Assembly (NCBI GenBank): GCA_049999805.1
Contig: JBNGIO010006255.1
Coordinates: 341,821-405,820 of the forward strand
Source: Folioceros fuciformis
Lineage: Eukaryota
DNA: 64,000 nucleotides
Direction: 5' to 3'
Numbering within the stretch: position 1 is the stretch's first letter; the number at the start of each line of letters is the position of its first letter. A program made the position numbers and the translations under genes. Positions 15,601 to 27,920 of the stretch are shown here, in pieces. The notes beneath the pieces were generated by a model, which saw only the letters and a list, made by a program, of their open reading frames with translations, was not told the origin of the DNA and searched no databases.

Positions 15601-16823
15601 CCATGTCACGATTCCCGACAAGTCACGCTTCTCCAATTCCGATTGTTGTGGGCATATGCAACCATCGCAACTCCCATTTCTTCTATGAACTGACAGTCGT
15701 CGTCCTGGGTGAACTTTCAGGTTACGGGTTTGAGAAGCCTCGAGTATGCTGCGTGCTACTGCATAGAATCAATGCATTCGACAGATAGCGGAGACATCTT
15801 CCAGCACTGCGTGGGTTCTAAACTGTTCTGGAGCTTCGAGTACATCGTGTCTATGCTACCGTACTGGTGGAGAATCATGCAGGTCGATTCCACAGCGCCT
15901 CTCTTCCCATGTGCTCATGCTCCCAATGATAAGCAATTGGTTATTCACTTCAAGAATCTCGTTCCATGTGCCTTGCTCCAAGCAGTGCTTAAGAAGGTGG
16001 ATTGACGAAGATCAAGACCCAGCACATGTAGCCAATATGGGGAAGTACTTATCAGCATTGATAGCTGTTGTGATGAGAGTGACATACACACGGAGCCACT
16101 CCCTGGTATGGAAGAGTTTGTTTATACTGTCGTCAATCGTAGCTACCATTTATCAACTCTACTGGGACATTGTGGTTGACTGGGGCCTGCTTCGGAAAAA
16201 GTCAGCAAATCCTTGGCTCCGGGATCAGCTCATCCTCAAAAGGAAGTACATATATTTCATCTCAATGGTAAGCGTCACACCTCCCCGTCTGCCGGCAGAG
16301 AATCATTTGCGGGTCGTGTAGGAAAAGAGAGTGGGCGTAGATGCTGCTGCTGCTGAATAGAACTTTCATAACCGCATCATAGCGCGACTCGCGCCAGCAT
16401 CGGCTGCAGGGGAGCTGGACGTGTTTGGATGTTTTCCAACTTGGACGGATGTTGCTTGACAGGCACTCAACTCTGTATTGCGACTAGCATGGATGTACAC
16501 GGCATTTCGTGCCCCACACTACGGTTTGACAAACAACATCCAAGACTTGACGTTTGCTGCCCTGGAAGTCATTCGGCGTGGGCAGTGGAATTTCTATCGG
16601 TTCGTTCCTCTATGCTTTTCACCGTCTTCGTGTGTTAGTCTGCTTCCTTGTTTCTGCTTCTCCGATAGATAGGCAAAGCCGATGAACGAAGAAACCCTCA
16701 AGACACTGTTCTATTCTTCTTGTTTGCAGCTTGGAGAACGAGCACCTGAACAACGTCGGAAAGTTCAGGGCTGTACATCAGGTACCACTGCCATTTAACG
16801 ACAGTGTACGGCACAGGTTGTAA
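12650..16823 (+). CDS. PHO1: Phosphate exporter PHO1 family (SPX + EXS domains), multi-exon
   Basis: [27 protein letters not shown] (SPX), [79 protein letters not shown]; stop TAA 16821-16823. Confidence 0.96.
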
Positions 16824-18007
16824 GAGAGATGTGAGCAGAGATTGTTGACAGAAAGGAAACTTTTGTTAGCTAGCCTAGATCAGAGTCCGATGTCAAGCCT
16901 TAGACTGCTGCATGTATAGAAGACCATTTGGAACGTGTACCAACCAATTTTCCAGACCATGACCAGTCCCTTTCCCAAATCCGGCAACAGTGGCTTGAAA
17001 ACGAGCAAGCCAACCAAAACCCAAATGAGGCTAACCCATTCATACCTAGAAACACCTCTCGGCTTCAAGAATTGGACTTGATGACGAGAGAATAACTCAA
17101 CTGGAGATCCCCCATAGCTGGACATTCTAGCAGGCTTGTCCATGAACAGTCTCCAAGGATAGCTCCGATCTGTGAATTATGCACTGTCACTTGAGAATGA
17201 AGCACAGTTGAAATGTCGGTTGATCAATCCGACCTTACCTGCTCGTTTCCAATAAATCCTACGTCTGGTGTACTTTTATCATTACGCGAATCCAAACTGC
17301 ACTGCAGATCCTATAGGGTTCAGACGAGAAGAGCTGCTGCAGATGATGTCGAAGACTGGATCCCTACAAGTTGCCAATGTTGTGGAACAACAGCAGCTGA
17401 TCCTTCCTGCCTTCCTCTGGAAGGCAGCACTCCTGGATCGCAATTCCACCTTGGAGACAATGACTCCATCCGTAGCAGCACAACGTCAGTCTCCGAGGAC
17501 TATGCTGCAGATACAGTCACATTTGACTCATCGCGTCTTATTGCCCTTAGCTGGATGGGAAGCAAGCGCCTCACGCCTGATTGTTTTAGTTTGGGCATGA
17601 GGTCATTCAATGAGTGACTCTGGCCAGCATGTGCCCAACCCCCACATACGTAGTTGGTAGTCGTAAACCCCCCATTTTACTTGTGGATCGGATCACTCCC
17701 ACAGAGAACAGAAGTGATGCCTACAAGAAACTCAGCAAGAAATCACACGAGAGGGAAAGGCTAGGCCTTCCATCCTCGTACAAGGGATTTTTCGATGCTA
17801 ATCTGTAGGCTCATGAACACAACATCCACCAACTTTGTTGGTGGAATGCAGACTGTGCAACCCGAGTTGCCCATTTTGTATGTTGGGCTATCTCTTTCAC
17901 GCAACTAAAGCATTGTGAGTTCCTTCAGGAAAAGGATTGACTAGGACACTCTTGCGGCGTCGCTAGTGATCTGAAGGCAAAAATGCAGAGAGCGGACGGG
18001 GATGGAT

Positions 18008-19513
18008 TCAGCTGACTCTCTCGAAGGCCTTAGCAGCCTGATGAGACCAGTCCGTCGTGAACGCTAGGCTGACATTCATCACAGATTGCAAGCCTACTCC
18101 TACCATGAGCCCCCACCACAGCCCCTGCAGGCCGTGCTCTGCCCAGAACGCAAGGTAGTAGCTGGTGGGCAGAGCCACCAGCCACAAGGTGACACCGTTC
18201 ACAATGGACCCCGCCAGCTGCTGCCCAGACCCCCTCAAAATGCCAGACATTACCGCACTCAGGGACAGTATGAACTGCGACGCCACAATCAAGGGCATGA
18301 GCAGGGCCACCAGGCCCACAACCTCCACCTCATCCGAAGTAGTAAATATCAAAGCCCAACGATGCCGAAACAACAGCAACACGACAGACAGCACTCCGCT
18401 CGCCATCACCGAGTTGAAAACAGCCGCAAGCACAGCCCTCCTGGCCCTGTCAGGCCTCTGAGCACCCAGCTCGTTGGACACCCGGACACTAGCAGCCGTG
18501 CTCAGCCCCAAATGGACCATGTAACACACCCCCGCCGTCTGGAAGGTGATGTTCATAGCCGTCAAGGTAATCTCCGGATCAGGCAAGAGCCCCGCGAAAA
18601 CCAGCAACACCTCGAAGAACCACCACTCGAAGCAATTCATGGCCATAGCAGGCACCGCCAGCTTCAAGAACGGAGCCCAGTCCCGAAACGCATCCCGACT
18701 CCACCCAGGCCACGCGCGCTCCAGAATCCCGCTCGTCTCAAACTGCAGAAACAGCAGCAGAAACGACAAATTGAAGATGGCGGACATGCTGTACGCAACC
18801 CCGGCCCCGAGAAACCCGAGGTCCAGCACGAAAATCCCGACGTAGTTCACGGGAAAGCTGAGCAGCAGCACGACACTGGAGCTGACGGCCATGGGCACCA
18901 TCACCCCCTGCACCTCCAGAAACTTCTGCACGGGGGACAAGCAGGCCGTCGCAAACAGTCCCGGCAGCAGCACCAGGACGTACTTCACCGCAAGCTCCAC
19001 AATCCCCGGGTCCTGCCTCAGTGCGAGCAGAATCGGGGAAGCCAGAGTGAACACGCCCGCAATGCCCACACAGGCCATGAGCAGCACGAAGATTCCCCTC
19101 TGCAGAACTACTCCCAGCAGCTTGAGCTGGCCGGCCCCGTGGGCCTGGCCCCCGAGCGTCTCCATCCCCGCGGACAGCCCGTCCAGGATGGCGTACCCGA
19201 ACACGTTGGAGAAGCTGGAGGCCATGGCCGCTGCCGCGAAATGCAGGGCCCCGAGGCGGCCCACGAAGGCCAGCGAAACGCCGAAGAGCGTGTACCCCAC
19301 GATGCCCATGAACGCCACGGGGAGCGCCAGCTCCGCGTTCTTCCAGGCCTCCTCCAGCAGACTCGTCGTCCCCCCATCGAACTCCACGTCGCGCGCCTCC
19401 AGGTCCAGCAGCGGAACCTGGAGGCCGCCCTCCTTGCCGTTGCTCTTCACATGCTCCGCGCAATCCGAGTCCATCGCGGGACTCCCTGCTGCGCAATCGC
19501 GGCTCTCCCGCAT
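18008..19513 (-). CDS. MATE/DTX efflux transporter, intronless (start 19513 or 19474)
   Basis: 501-aa hydrophobic ORF with GMETLGGQAHGA, CFEWWFFEVL, SVRVSNELGA, SGILRGSGQQ. Confidence 0.95.
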   Translation of the reverse strand: MRESRDCAAGSPAMDSDCAEHVKSNGKEGGLQVPLLDLEARDVEFDGGTTSLLEEAWKNAELALPVAFMGIVGYTLFGVSLAFVGRLGALHFAAAAMASSFSNVFGYAILDGLSAGMETLGGQAHGAGQLKLLGVVLQRGIFVLLMACVGIAGVFTLASPILLALRQDPGIVELAVKYVLVLLPGLFATACLSPVQKFLEVQGVMVPMAVSSSVVLLLSFPVNYVGIFVLDLGFLGAGVAYSMSAIFNLSFLLLFLQFETSGILERAWPGWSRDAFRDWAPFLKLAVPAMAMNCFEWWFFEVLLVFAGLLPDPEITLTAMNITFQTAGVCYMVHLGLSTAASVRVSNELGAQRPDRARRAVLAAVFNSVMASGVLSVVLLLFRHRWALIFTTSDEVEVVGLVALLMPLIVASQFILSLSAVMSGILRGSGQQLAGSIVNGVTLWLVALPTSYYLAFWAEHGLQGLWWGLMVGVGLQSVMNVSLAFTTDWSHQAAKAFERVS

Positions 19514-21449
19514 CGCAGCACCAGGTCTCAGCCCGGCCTGAACAACTCCCCGCCTCCCAGCCCGTTAAAACGTCCTCGCACCCTGGCCAGCTCCCAGCAG
19601 CAGGACCAGAAAGTGTGGAGCGCAAGGCAACTTTCCCCACCTCGACTTGAGGTGGAAGCTTCCGCGACGCCAGCGGACAGGACGAATACAGTTAGAAGCC
19701 CAACGACCCAGGCCGGATACCCTTCCCGAGGGTTTGTCTCCATTCCATAGTCCAAAGTCGACACGGACTGGGTATCCCTAACACGGGGTGAGCGATATCC
19801 ATCACCTCCGATGTGGTGGAGGCCTGGAGGCGGTGTCATTGGTGGGCCTGCTCCTTCACGCCCTAGATCATTGCATGCCATCCCATCTCCTGTTCGAGTA
19901 CAGTTTTGTCTGGGATTCCGAGAGGCTTGCTGCGGCAGCAGCTGGGAGGTTACAGGCTCCCTCCTCTGCTCGGCGGGCTCACCTTCTGCGCACTATCCCC
20001 GCCCCTTTCCTACCACCTCGCCTCAACGCATGGCTTGCAAGTCCCGGCTCGCAAGTCATCAGAACCGCGTCCCTTCATCGACTGGTCTCATCAGGCACTG
20101 CGACACATGCCCTTCCACCGAGTCACCTAAAAACCTTCCACCAGCACTTCCCTAGACTGTCTGCCAGGGATCCGCTCCACACAAGCCTCATGAGCATGCC
20201 GTATCCCTCCGCAGGCACTGCCCTTCCCCGGCCCCTCCTGCGGTTAGTTCCTCCTCCGGCTCCTTGTATGTCCTTCCGCCTCGGCTGCTCTAAGAAACAG
20301 ACGAGTACTTGCAGCTGACAGCCGCTGCGGGCCACCGACAGCGCACGACGAGAGACTGTGAGGTCAATTCCTCCAGGCCCTCCCCGCTCATACCATACCA
20401 GAAGGTACAACTGTTCCAGGGCCTGTGCACCTGTTGGAACCGACTGCACTCCCACACTCCTGCCAACTATGTCCAGAAACTCCAGCCTTCGCGACAAGAA
20501 AGTCTCCATCAACATTGCTCTGCGCCGCGGCCGGGGCGTCCTGCCCGGATGATCTCGCCGCAAGAGCTTCCACTTCCACCAGAGTCAGATGAGCTTACGA
20601 TTGAGCCGGACCAGCTCTCCGTGTGCTTAGCCACTAAGACTGCTCAAATGTATCGAATTCTTAAGAGTACGAGCCGCGTCTGAAGAAGTACTGCGCGGAC
20701 TCGATCACAAGTCTTCGGGATCTGTGTCGAATAGCTTCCCAAGCATATGCAAGAATCTCTGACGTGCGTAAGGTAGCTCGCTTGAAAGGACGTCTGTCAT
20801 GGTTATATACATTTTTTTATAATATAATTATCATATTTCAATCCCAGACTCCAAAAACAAAACCCTTCGTGGACAGACTGCAATAAAGTTCTTCAAACTG
20901 GGTCGATCACTTATTGAAACGTACGCGTTTACCCAGGTATCTCAGGATTGAAAATGGTTTTCACCGCAGATCCTTTTTCACCCCGGCCACTCCTTGAGAC
21001 CCTTTTTATTACGGCCACTCCTTTGTGTTGTGTAGAACTGGAGGCCGTATTGTTTTTGTTTTCCACTTTTCTCGACCTGGCCATGAGACACACGCAGAAG
21101 CTGCCCACGATGCCACGACACTGGGCGGGCAGTCAGAGCTCGCTCGCGGCCAGTCCAAACTGCCGGGATGCAGGCCCAATTCCCAGTCCGGATAAGATCC
21201 CTTCTGCGGCCAGAGCTGGGAGTGGAGGAGAAAGAAGTTTGGTCGGCGGGGTGACGAGGAATTCTGGAGCTAGTGCGGTGTGAGTAGTGAAGAACGGTGG
21301 TTAAGGAAGGAAGTGAGGTGTTGGTTGGGATTTGGGGAGTGGGAGTAGGGAGGTGGGAGTTCCTCCAATTGTCCGCGGGACGTGCCCTAGAGTGAGTTGT
21401 GTATCCATCTTTGCGTCCGTCCAGGTAGCGGAGGGATCTGGGGTGGAAG

Positions 21450-23155
21450 ATGACCTCCGCGTTGTGGGATAAATGGCCTGTCTTCTCCTGCCTCCTGGTT
21501 GTGCTTGGCTTCTTAGTGTCTAGCTTCATTGTTGCCTTCAAGTACGAGGGGCGTGCCAGAGGTGGCAAGGTGCGTGCTCGTGGGAGGCCTGTAGCTCTCT
21601 CTGTCATTGCGGCGGATGGGACTGTGTTTTCGGATGAGGTGTGGACTGCAGGGGGTGGTTGGATTCATCCGGGCTGGCTCCTTGCCTTTCGTGCATTCGC
21701 GTTTCTCTACTTAGTGCCCATTCAGCTGTACGATTTGATTCGCTTGGGGCCCAGTGAGACTTACTATTACTACACACAGTAAGGGATGTGTTGCACTTCT
21801 TGGACGATCTGCGAGTCTTGAGCCTGGGGACGTCCATGAGTGACGTTTGTTCCTGGCGTGGCGGTTTTGCAGATGGACGTTCTCGCTGCTGACTGTTTAC
21901 TTCGGGGTGAGTGCTCTCCATGGAACCTTGTCTTGGGAGGGTTGGTGGTAGGGCTCTGGCTGCTGATGAGTGGTCTGGTACCAGCCTGGGGCACCGGCTC
22001 TGTGTTCTGACTCTGCCGTGTGCAGCTGGCAGCGGGCACCAGCGCCGTGAACGTTCTGCTGCGGATACCTGAGACCAAAGTTGCTCCCGAGGCCAAGGCG
22101 CTGAACCTGGGAGAGGTTGATTCCCTTTTACCGGGGAAGGAGGTGGGGAAGGCGAGCACTCGAGATGCCATCCAGGAAGCTCATCGCTGGTGTGGTGTGC
22201 CTGATGCCGGTACCCGAACCCGCGGAGGTTTCTGGAGCTATGCTCTGCAAGTGCTGTTCCAGGTCTCAATGTTTTGGAAGGCTCCAGATGCTTTACTTTC
22301 GCAGCTTGTGAATGCGAACGGACGGATGACTCTTGCCATTGTTTCCAGGTCCTGGGCCCAGCCGTGCTGCTGACTGACAGCGTGTACTGGCTTCTGCTGG
22401 TTCCCTTCGTCCTTCCAGCTGATTTCGAACATGATTTTGTAAGTGCTTTTGTAACATCACAGTCCGAACCCTTCTCGTGACTTTGGATCATGTTTCACAA
22501 ACTTCCTGTTTGAAATTGGATGTGCAGGTGGACATAAACATGCATGCCATGAATGCCTTGTTTTTTGTCATCGAACTCTTCCTGAACGACATGGTAACTC
22601 TGAGACCCGTGTCTTAATATTCACATTCCTTACGGAGCTCCTTGATAAGCACCTAGAGCATCGTGATACTGATCAAGCATATTCATAATCTCACCGTCCA
22701 GCGCTTCCCATGGTTCCGTGGAGCGTATCTGGTCATGTGGAGTGTTTCATACATTTCCTTTCAGTGGTTTCTCCATTTTTCGGGCTCCGCCGCAGGGTAA
22801 GCTGACCACCCTTGTCCCAACTTTGGAACTGATCGGTTGTCCATCTTCCCATGCTCAGCTCATATGGGGGTGGTGTCGACTTGACTACAGGTGGCCCTAT
22901 CCATTTCTCAGTCTGTCAACACCCTATGCCCCCGCCTGGTAAGTTCTTGTTGCTGTGCACATTCTTCCATAACTTTTTCTGCAACAGGCTCTCATGTCGT
23001 CTGAGCCACTTGGGCATGCCGCCATCTTGCTCTTCTGCTGCAGGTATTTAGCGCTCTCTCTGTTCCATTTGATATGTTTCATTATTTGCCTCCTGCTTGC
23101 AAAAGTTAAACAAAACTTGCAAGAGAGGTTGAATCTGGTTAGGACCTTTACTTGA
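21450..23155 (+). CDS. Rolling-stone-like multi-pass membrane protein, multi-exon
   Basis: Spliced: WLLAFRAFAF, YYYTQWTFSLLTVYFG, AVLLTDSVYW, NMHAMNALF, FPWFRGAY, WPYPFLSLSTPYAPAWY; stop TGA 23153-23155. Confidence 0.8.
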
Positions 23156-23392
23156 AGGCCATGTAATGTGAAAGGTCCGAAGGCTATTTGTTGCCGAACT
23201 GTACCATGACGGTCACAAGCGGCATGATGTACGCCAGCACCGTTAGGAATGCGGTCTGTCTTGTAACCATGACAATTTTTTATTCAAAGTCAAATGCAAT
23301 TCTCAACATAAATAATTTTATGCCCTGGTGACAATCTGGTTGTAACAACACGGCGCTTTCTGTACCTAGGCCGAATCCGAAAAAAGTTCATT

Positions 23393-25751
23393 TCAACTCC
23401 TTTTGGTTGGCGGCTTGAAACTGGCGGTACCGGTCACTTCCCTCCCGGTCACCAGCGAATTCACCTCGTACGTGCCTTCGTAGGTGTAAATGGGCTCCAG
23501 ATCGCAGAACGCCTGCAAGGGCCCAGCGTCACGATCCGATTAGGTGGGCAGGGGGAGCAGCATAGACAACAATCCTTGAACCTTCCAGAAGCATTCAAAT
23601 ACCTTGGCGACATGGAAGTCGGCAAGGATGCCATTCCCGCCCAGCAGCTCACGGCCTAGCGACACCGTTTCCCTGGCTCGGAGAGTGTTCCAGGCCTGAG
23701 GCAGTCCCACATCAGGGGACTCTCAAACAGGGAAAAACACACAGACGGGATTGCAGGCAGCAGGGCCACCCACCTTGGCCAGGCTAGCCTGCCCGGGAGT
23801 CATCTTCCCTTCCTCGTAGATCTTGCACAGACGCCAGCCCAGCAGCGTCATGGCCTGGATGTTGCCCAGCATGCGCACCAGCTTCTCCTGGGCTATCTGA
23901 AAGGATGCCAGAGGAGCTCCGAACTGTTTTCTCTCCTGCAGGTACCGGTGGCATACGTCGTACACACCCACACTCACTCCAATGGGCTGCCAAGCCACCA
24001 TAATGCGTGACACGGCAAGGACCTGCCACAAAAAACCTATCAGATTTTCTTCGGATGGGATGGACGTCAGGACGTGGGATGACGATGTGAGCACTGACTA
24101 TAGTACCTTGGCGGTGTCTTGAAATGCGTTGATTCCCGGGATGCGGTCGTGGTCTGGGACGAAGACACCCTTCAGCAGGATGTCCCCGTTCTGCACGATT
24201 CTTAATCCTATTTTGTTCTCGATCTTGGTGGCACGGTAGCCTGCTGTTCCCTTCTTCACAATGAATCTGCCAGGCATGATGAAGATGTCGGTGCTTGTGC
24301 TTCCAAGGAAGTGGAATGCGACAACATCGTTCTCAAGCCTGTGCATTGTCCCTACAGAGTTGTGGTCGCTCTCACCCGTTGATCTGGTTATTGGTAGTGT
24401 TTCGAGCAAAGACGACAGAGACGTCGGCAAAGGTGCTGTTTCCGATCCACCGCTTCTGCCCATTCAAGATCCAGCCTCCTATCACCTAAAGCAGTGAAAA
24501 GATGTAAATCGGTGAAGAGGGAGCAGATGAGGACATGGGGACGGCTATCACGTGGTTTGTTGTCTACCTTGGTTGCTGTAGTGCTGAGAGAGCTGGCATC
24601 ACTCCCGTAGTCAGGCTCCGTCAAAGCCTGCAAGAGAAGCACAAGAGGGGTTCACATGCGCAGGGAAGGAGGTTTGTGCTCCAAGAAAGAGGGGCCTCGT
24701 ACCCAGCACCCGATCTCTTCCAACCGTGCCATTGCTGGCAGATACTTTTGTTTCTGCTCCTCGCTTCCCAGCATCCCTGAAAGAGCCAAGACTTAGATTT
24801 CTTCCTTCCAAAGAACTGGTTTTGAAACAGGTGACGACTCTGATGACCGTACCTATAGTCAGCATGGCCAAGCATGTGTGCACCATGAGAAACGTCGAGC
24901 AGCTGGCATCAACTCTCGCCATCTCCATTACGACAACTGCACTTGCTACCACCGACAGGCCTGGACATCCATAGCCCTGAGTGGAAACAGGAGACCGTGC
25001 TGCTTAGTGCATGCTGTATCATGTGCATCACTTTGTCCACCAAGAAAGCCTGCTTGGTACACACCTGAATCGTTCCTCCAGCGACCTTGAGGGCAGCCAG
25101 TTTGGGGACGACCTCGAATGGAAACTCCGCCCGCTCCCAATACTGACAAGGGGAGAGCACCAGTTGAATGTTGAACAGTAGGAACGGACACTGCCACAAT
25201 TGTGGAAATGAACACGTACAAGGTGTGCGTGTATTGCAAACACCCGTGAGAAACAGAGCTTACCCCAGCCATGATTGGAGCTACGTCCTTCTCCATCACA
25301 GCCCTTACTCGTTTCCTCAGATCCTGTTCTTCCGGGGTCAGGAGGTCATCAAACGAAAAGTAATCCGCCGCTGCACAGTGGCGGTGAGGCATGAGCAAGG
25401 ATCCCACAAAGCTGTCACCAACGAGCTTTTGCAGGACATCAAATTCTTTACCCAAAGGAGGAAACTTGGATGCCGAAGTTGCCTGTGGGAATGCTAAGGC
25501 AACATCCAAGCCAGGCTGGCCGATGCTCAATGTTTGGTGCAATTGCAAACCAGAACCTGCAAAGATTGGAAACACCCGTCACATGTCCTTACCCTTCCAC
25601 AGACCCACATGCCACGCAACATATGCCACCTAAACAGCAGCGCTATCCATGCAACCCCGGCCTCACCCTGCTCAGACGGAGCTGCCTCTGGCTGCAGATG
25701 CTTGCCAATCCTAGCCAGCCGCTCCAAGCCCTTCACGTAATCGGACACCAT
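23393..25751 (-). CDS. ACX4: Short-chain acyl-CoA oxidase 4 (acyl-CoA dehydrogenase fold), multi-exon
   Basis: [89 protein letters not shown]; ends ...KPPTKRS*. Confidence 0.93.
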
Positions 25752-26469
25752 TTTCCCTTCCGCAACCCTGAATCTTCAGAGCGAGTCCCTTGCCTTAAGG
25801 CAACCCACAATCCGTCAGCGACAACAGGACACAGCTCAAAATCCCCCCCAGCACACCCGATGCAGTACGCGCAGATCCACTCTCCGAAAGGAAACACTGA
25901 GCAATCCTCCGGCTCAACCACCGCCTACAATCATGGTCAAGAACACCTCAATTCAGCCCACCTGAAACCAAACGACCAATTGCGATGCCTTCTTCGAAGG
26001 TGTGCCCTTGTCGAAAGAGGATGGCGCGACAAGTAAGGAACTCACTCAACAGATAGGACACCTCAGCAACTATGTAGAGAGAGGTGTGTATGTTGTTATT
26101 TTTAATTATTTAAAAAGCTCAGTCTCCTCCAAAGATAGAGAACAACCCTGAAGGCTATAAAGATACTTAGCCCCCTCTACCTCAATCATTAGAACTCGTT
26201 GCTCCCAAAATGTCCAGATGTGGAATAATAATAAAATTATTATTTTACATTAAAGTGTTGAAGAAGTTACTTGATTATTGTTGTTTTAAAAACATGTTGT
26301 GATCCGCGTCTGTTGTTATTCTAAAAATATATTATTGCTATACAAACTGAGTCAATCAATGCAGTTTGCAAAGCAATAGATATGTTATCAAAAGGAAACC
26401 ACCACACAAAAAGAGGAAGAGCCTCATTTATATTAATGCAATAGACCTTTGCACACATTTTTATTTATG

Positions 26470-26809
26470 GTTTAGGGTAAACCCTAAACCCTAAATGGAG
26501 AAGGGGAAGGGTTTAGCTATGGAGACTTTGCAATGGGTTTATGGTTTAGGGTTTAAAGTTTAGGGTAAACCCTAAACCCTAAATGGAGAAGGGGAAGGGT
26601 TTAGCAATCGAGACTTTGTAATGGATTTATGGTTTAGGGTTTAAAGTTTAGGGTAAACCCTAAACCCTAAATGGAGAAGGGAAAGGGTTTAGCAATCGAG
26701 ACTTTGCAGTGGGTTTAGGGTTTACCCTAAACCCTATATGGAGAAGGGGAAGGGTTTAGCAATCGAGACTTTGCAGTGGGTTTAGGGTTTAGGTTAAACC
26801 CTAAACCCT
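26470..26809. repeat. 88-bp minisatellite containing TTTAGGG/CCCTAAA telomere-like motifs
   Basis: TTTAGGGTAAACCCTAAACCCTAAATGGAGAAGG recurs at 26471, 26559 and 26647, followed by shorter variants. Confidence 0.9.
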
Positions 26810-26896
26810 TACGAAGTCCCTGCTATTGCACCATGGTCAAAAACCAAAGAGGATGGAAATATGCCATCTTGCAAAGGAGAATCACGCAACCATCTG

Positions 26897-27353
26897 TTGC
26901 TCATCCAAAGGATACTCGCAAATTAGATCCTAGTGTTATCCATAATAATCACATCGGTGACACAAACTTGTTCCCCTTCTCCATTGCTCATCCAAAGATG
27001 TTCACAAATTACATCCTAGTTATGCTCACTTGTTCCCCTTCTCCATTGCTCATCTGAAGATGCTCACAAATTAGATTTCTAGTGTCATCCATAACAATAA
27101 CATCAGCGACACAAACTTGTACCCCTCGTCTGCGTCTGCGGCTCACCCAAACAATGCTCACGAATTACATCCTAATTATACTTGTAAATTAGATATCTAA
27201 TATCATCTGTGACAATCACATGAGGGACACAAACTTGTTCCCCTCGGTTGCTCATCCAAAGATGCTCACAAATTACATCCTAATTATGCTCGCAAATTGG
27301 ATCTCTAATATCATCCATCACAATCACATCAGCTAAACAAACTTATTCCCCTC
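26897..27353. repeat. Degenerate tandem repeat, roughly 85-125 bp units
   Basis: Recurrent TGCTCATCCAAAGATGCTCACAAATTA(G/C)ATC...ATCCATAACAATCACATC...ACACAAACTTGTTCCCCT. Confidence 0.8.
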
Positions 27354-27920
27354 GTACAAAAATCAGCTCGCAAAATATCGCAAGTGTATACACGGTCTAT
27401 CTCCTCCATCCCGGGTTGATCCACATCGAATCAGTGACAACCAACTTCCTTTGTCACACTTTCAGCGACAGCGGATCAGTGACAGCCAATTTCGTTGTTA
27501 CACGTTTAGCGAAACACATCCCCGTCGGCCCGCTAGGCCGGGTTCATGGAACTGAATTCGCCCGGGATGATCCACAGCCCTAACGCCGGGAGAGGTTTTG
27601 GCGGGAAACGGGAGTGACACGCGGGTACGTTCTGTTTGATACGTGCCCTGCTGTGCGTACGCGAATCATGCGCAAGCAAGCGAATCCGCGGGCGAAGGCG
27701 CAAGGATGTGCATGCATGCTTGGAGGGAGGGGTGTGTTCCGTGCCCTCTGTGAGCTGTGGTGAAGCTCTGTCGGAAATGCATGAGAGGGGTGTCAGGAGC
27801 GGAATGTGGGGAAGCCACGGGGTTCTGCCACGGCTTCCTTGACAATTGTCTGCGGCCTTCCAGCTCGAGCCTTGCTCCCCTGCTGGGTCTCCGATTCCGG
27901 TGACTAATCAAGCGCTGGAA

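Noticed and set aside
15652-15659. P1BS match GCATATGC in a PHO1 intron (also at 20743)
   Set aside because: Degenerate 8-mer expected many times by chance in 64 kb
18086-19750. 554-aa + strand ORF
   Set aside because: Antisense shadow of the GC3-rich MATE gene; no domain
19528-20700. Several 60-180 aa ORFs upstream of MATE
   Set aside because: No recognisable domain or consistent exon structure
26470-26809. True telomere or chromosome fusion site
   Set aside because: Only 1-2 heptamers at a time, embedded in a longer repeat unit
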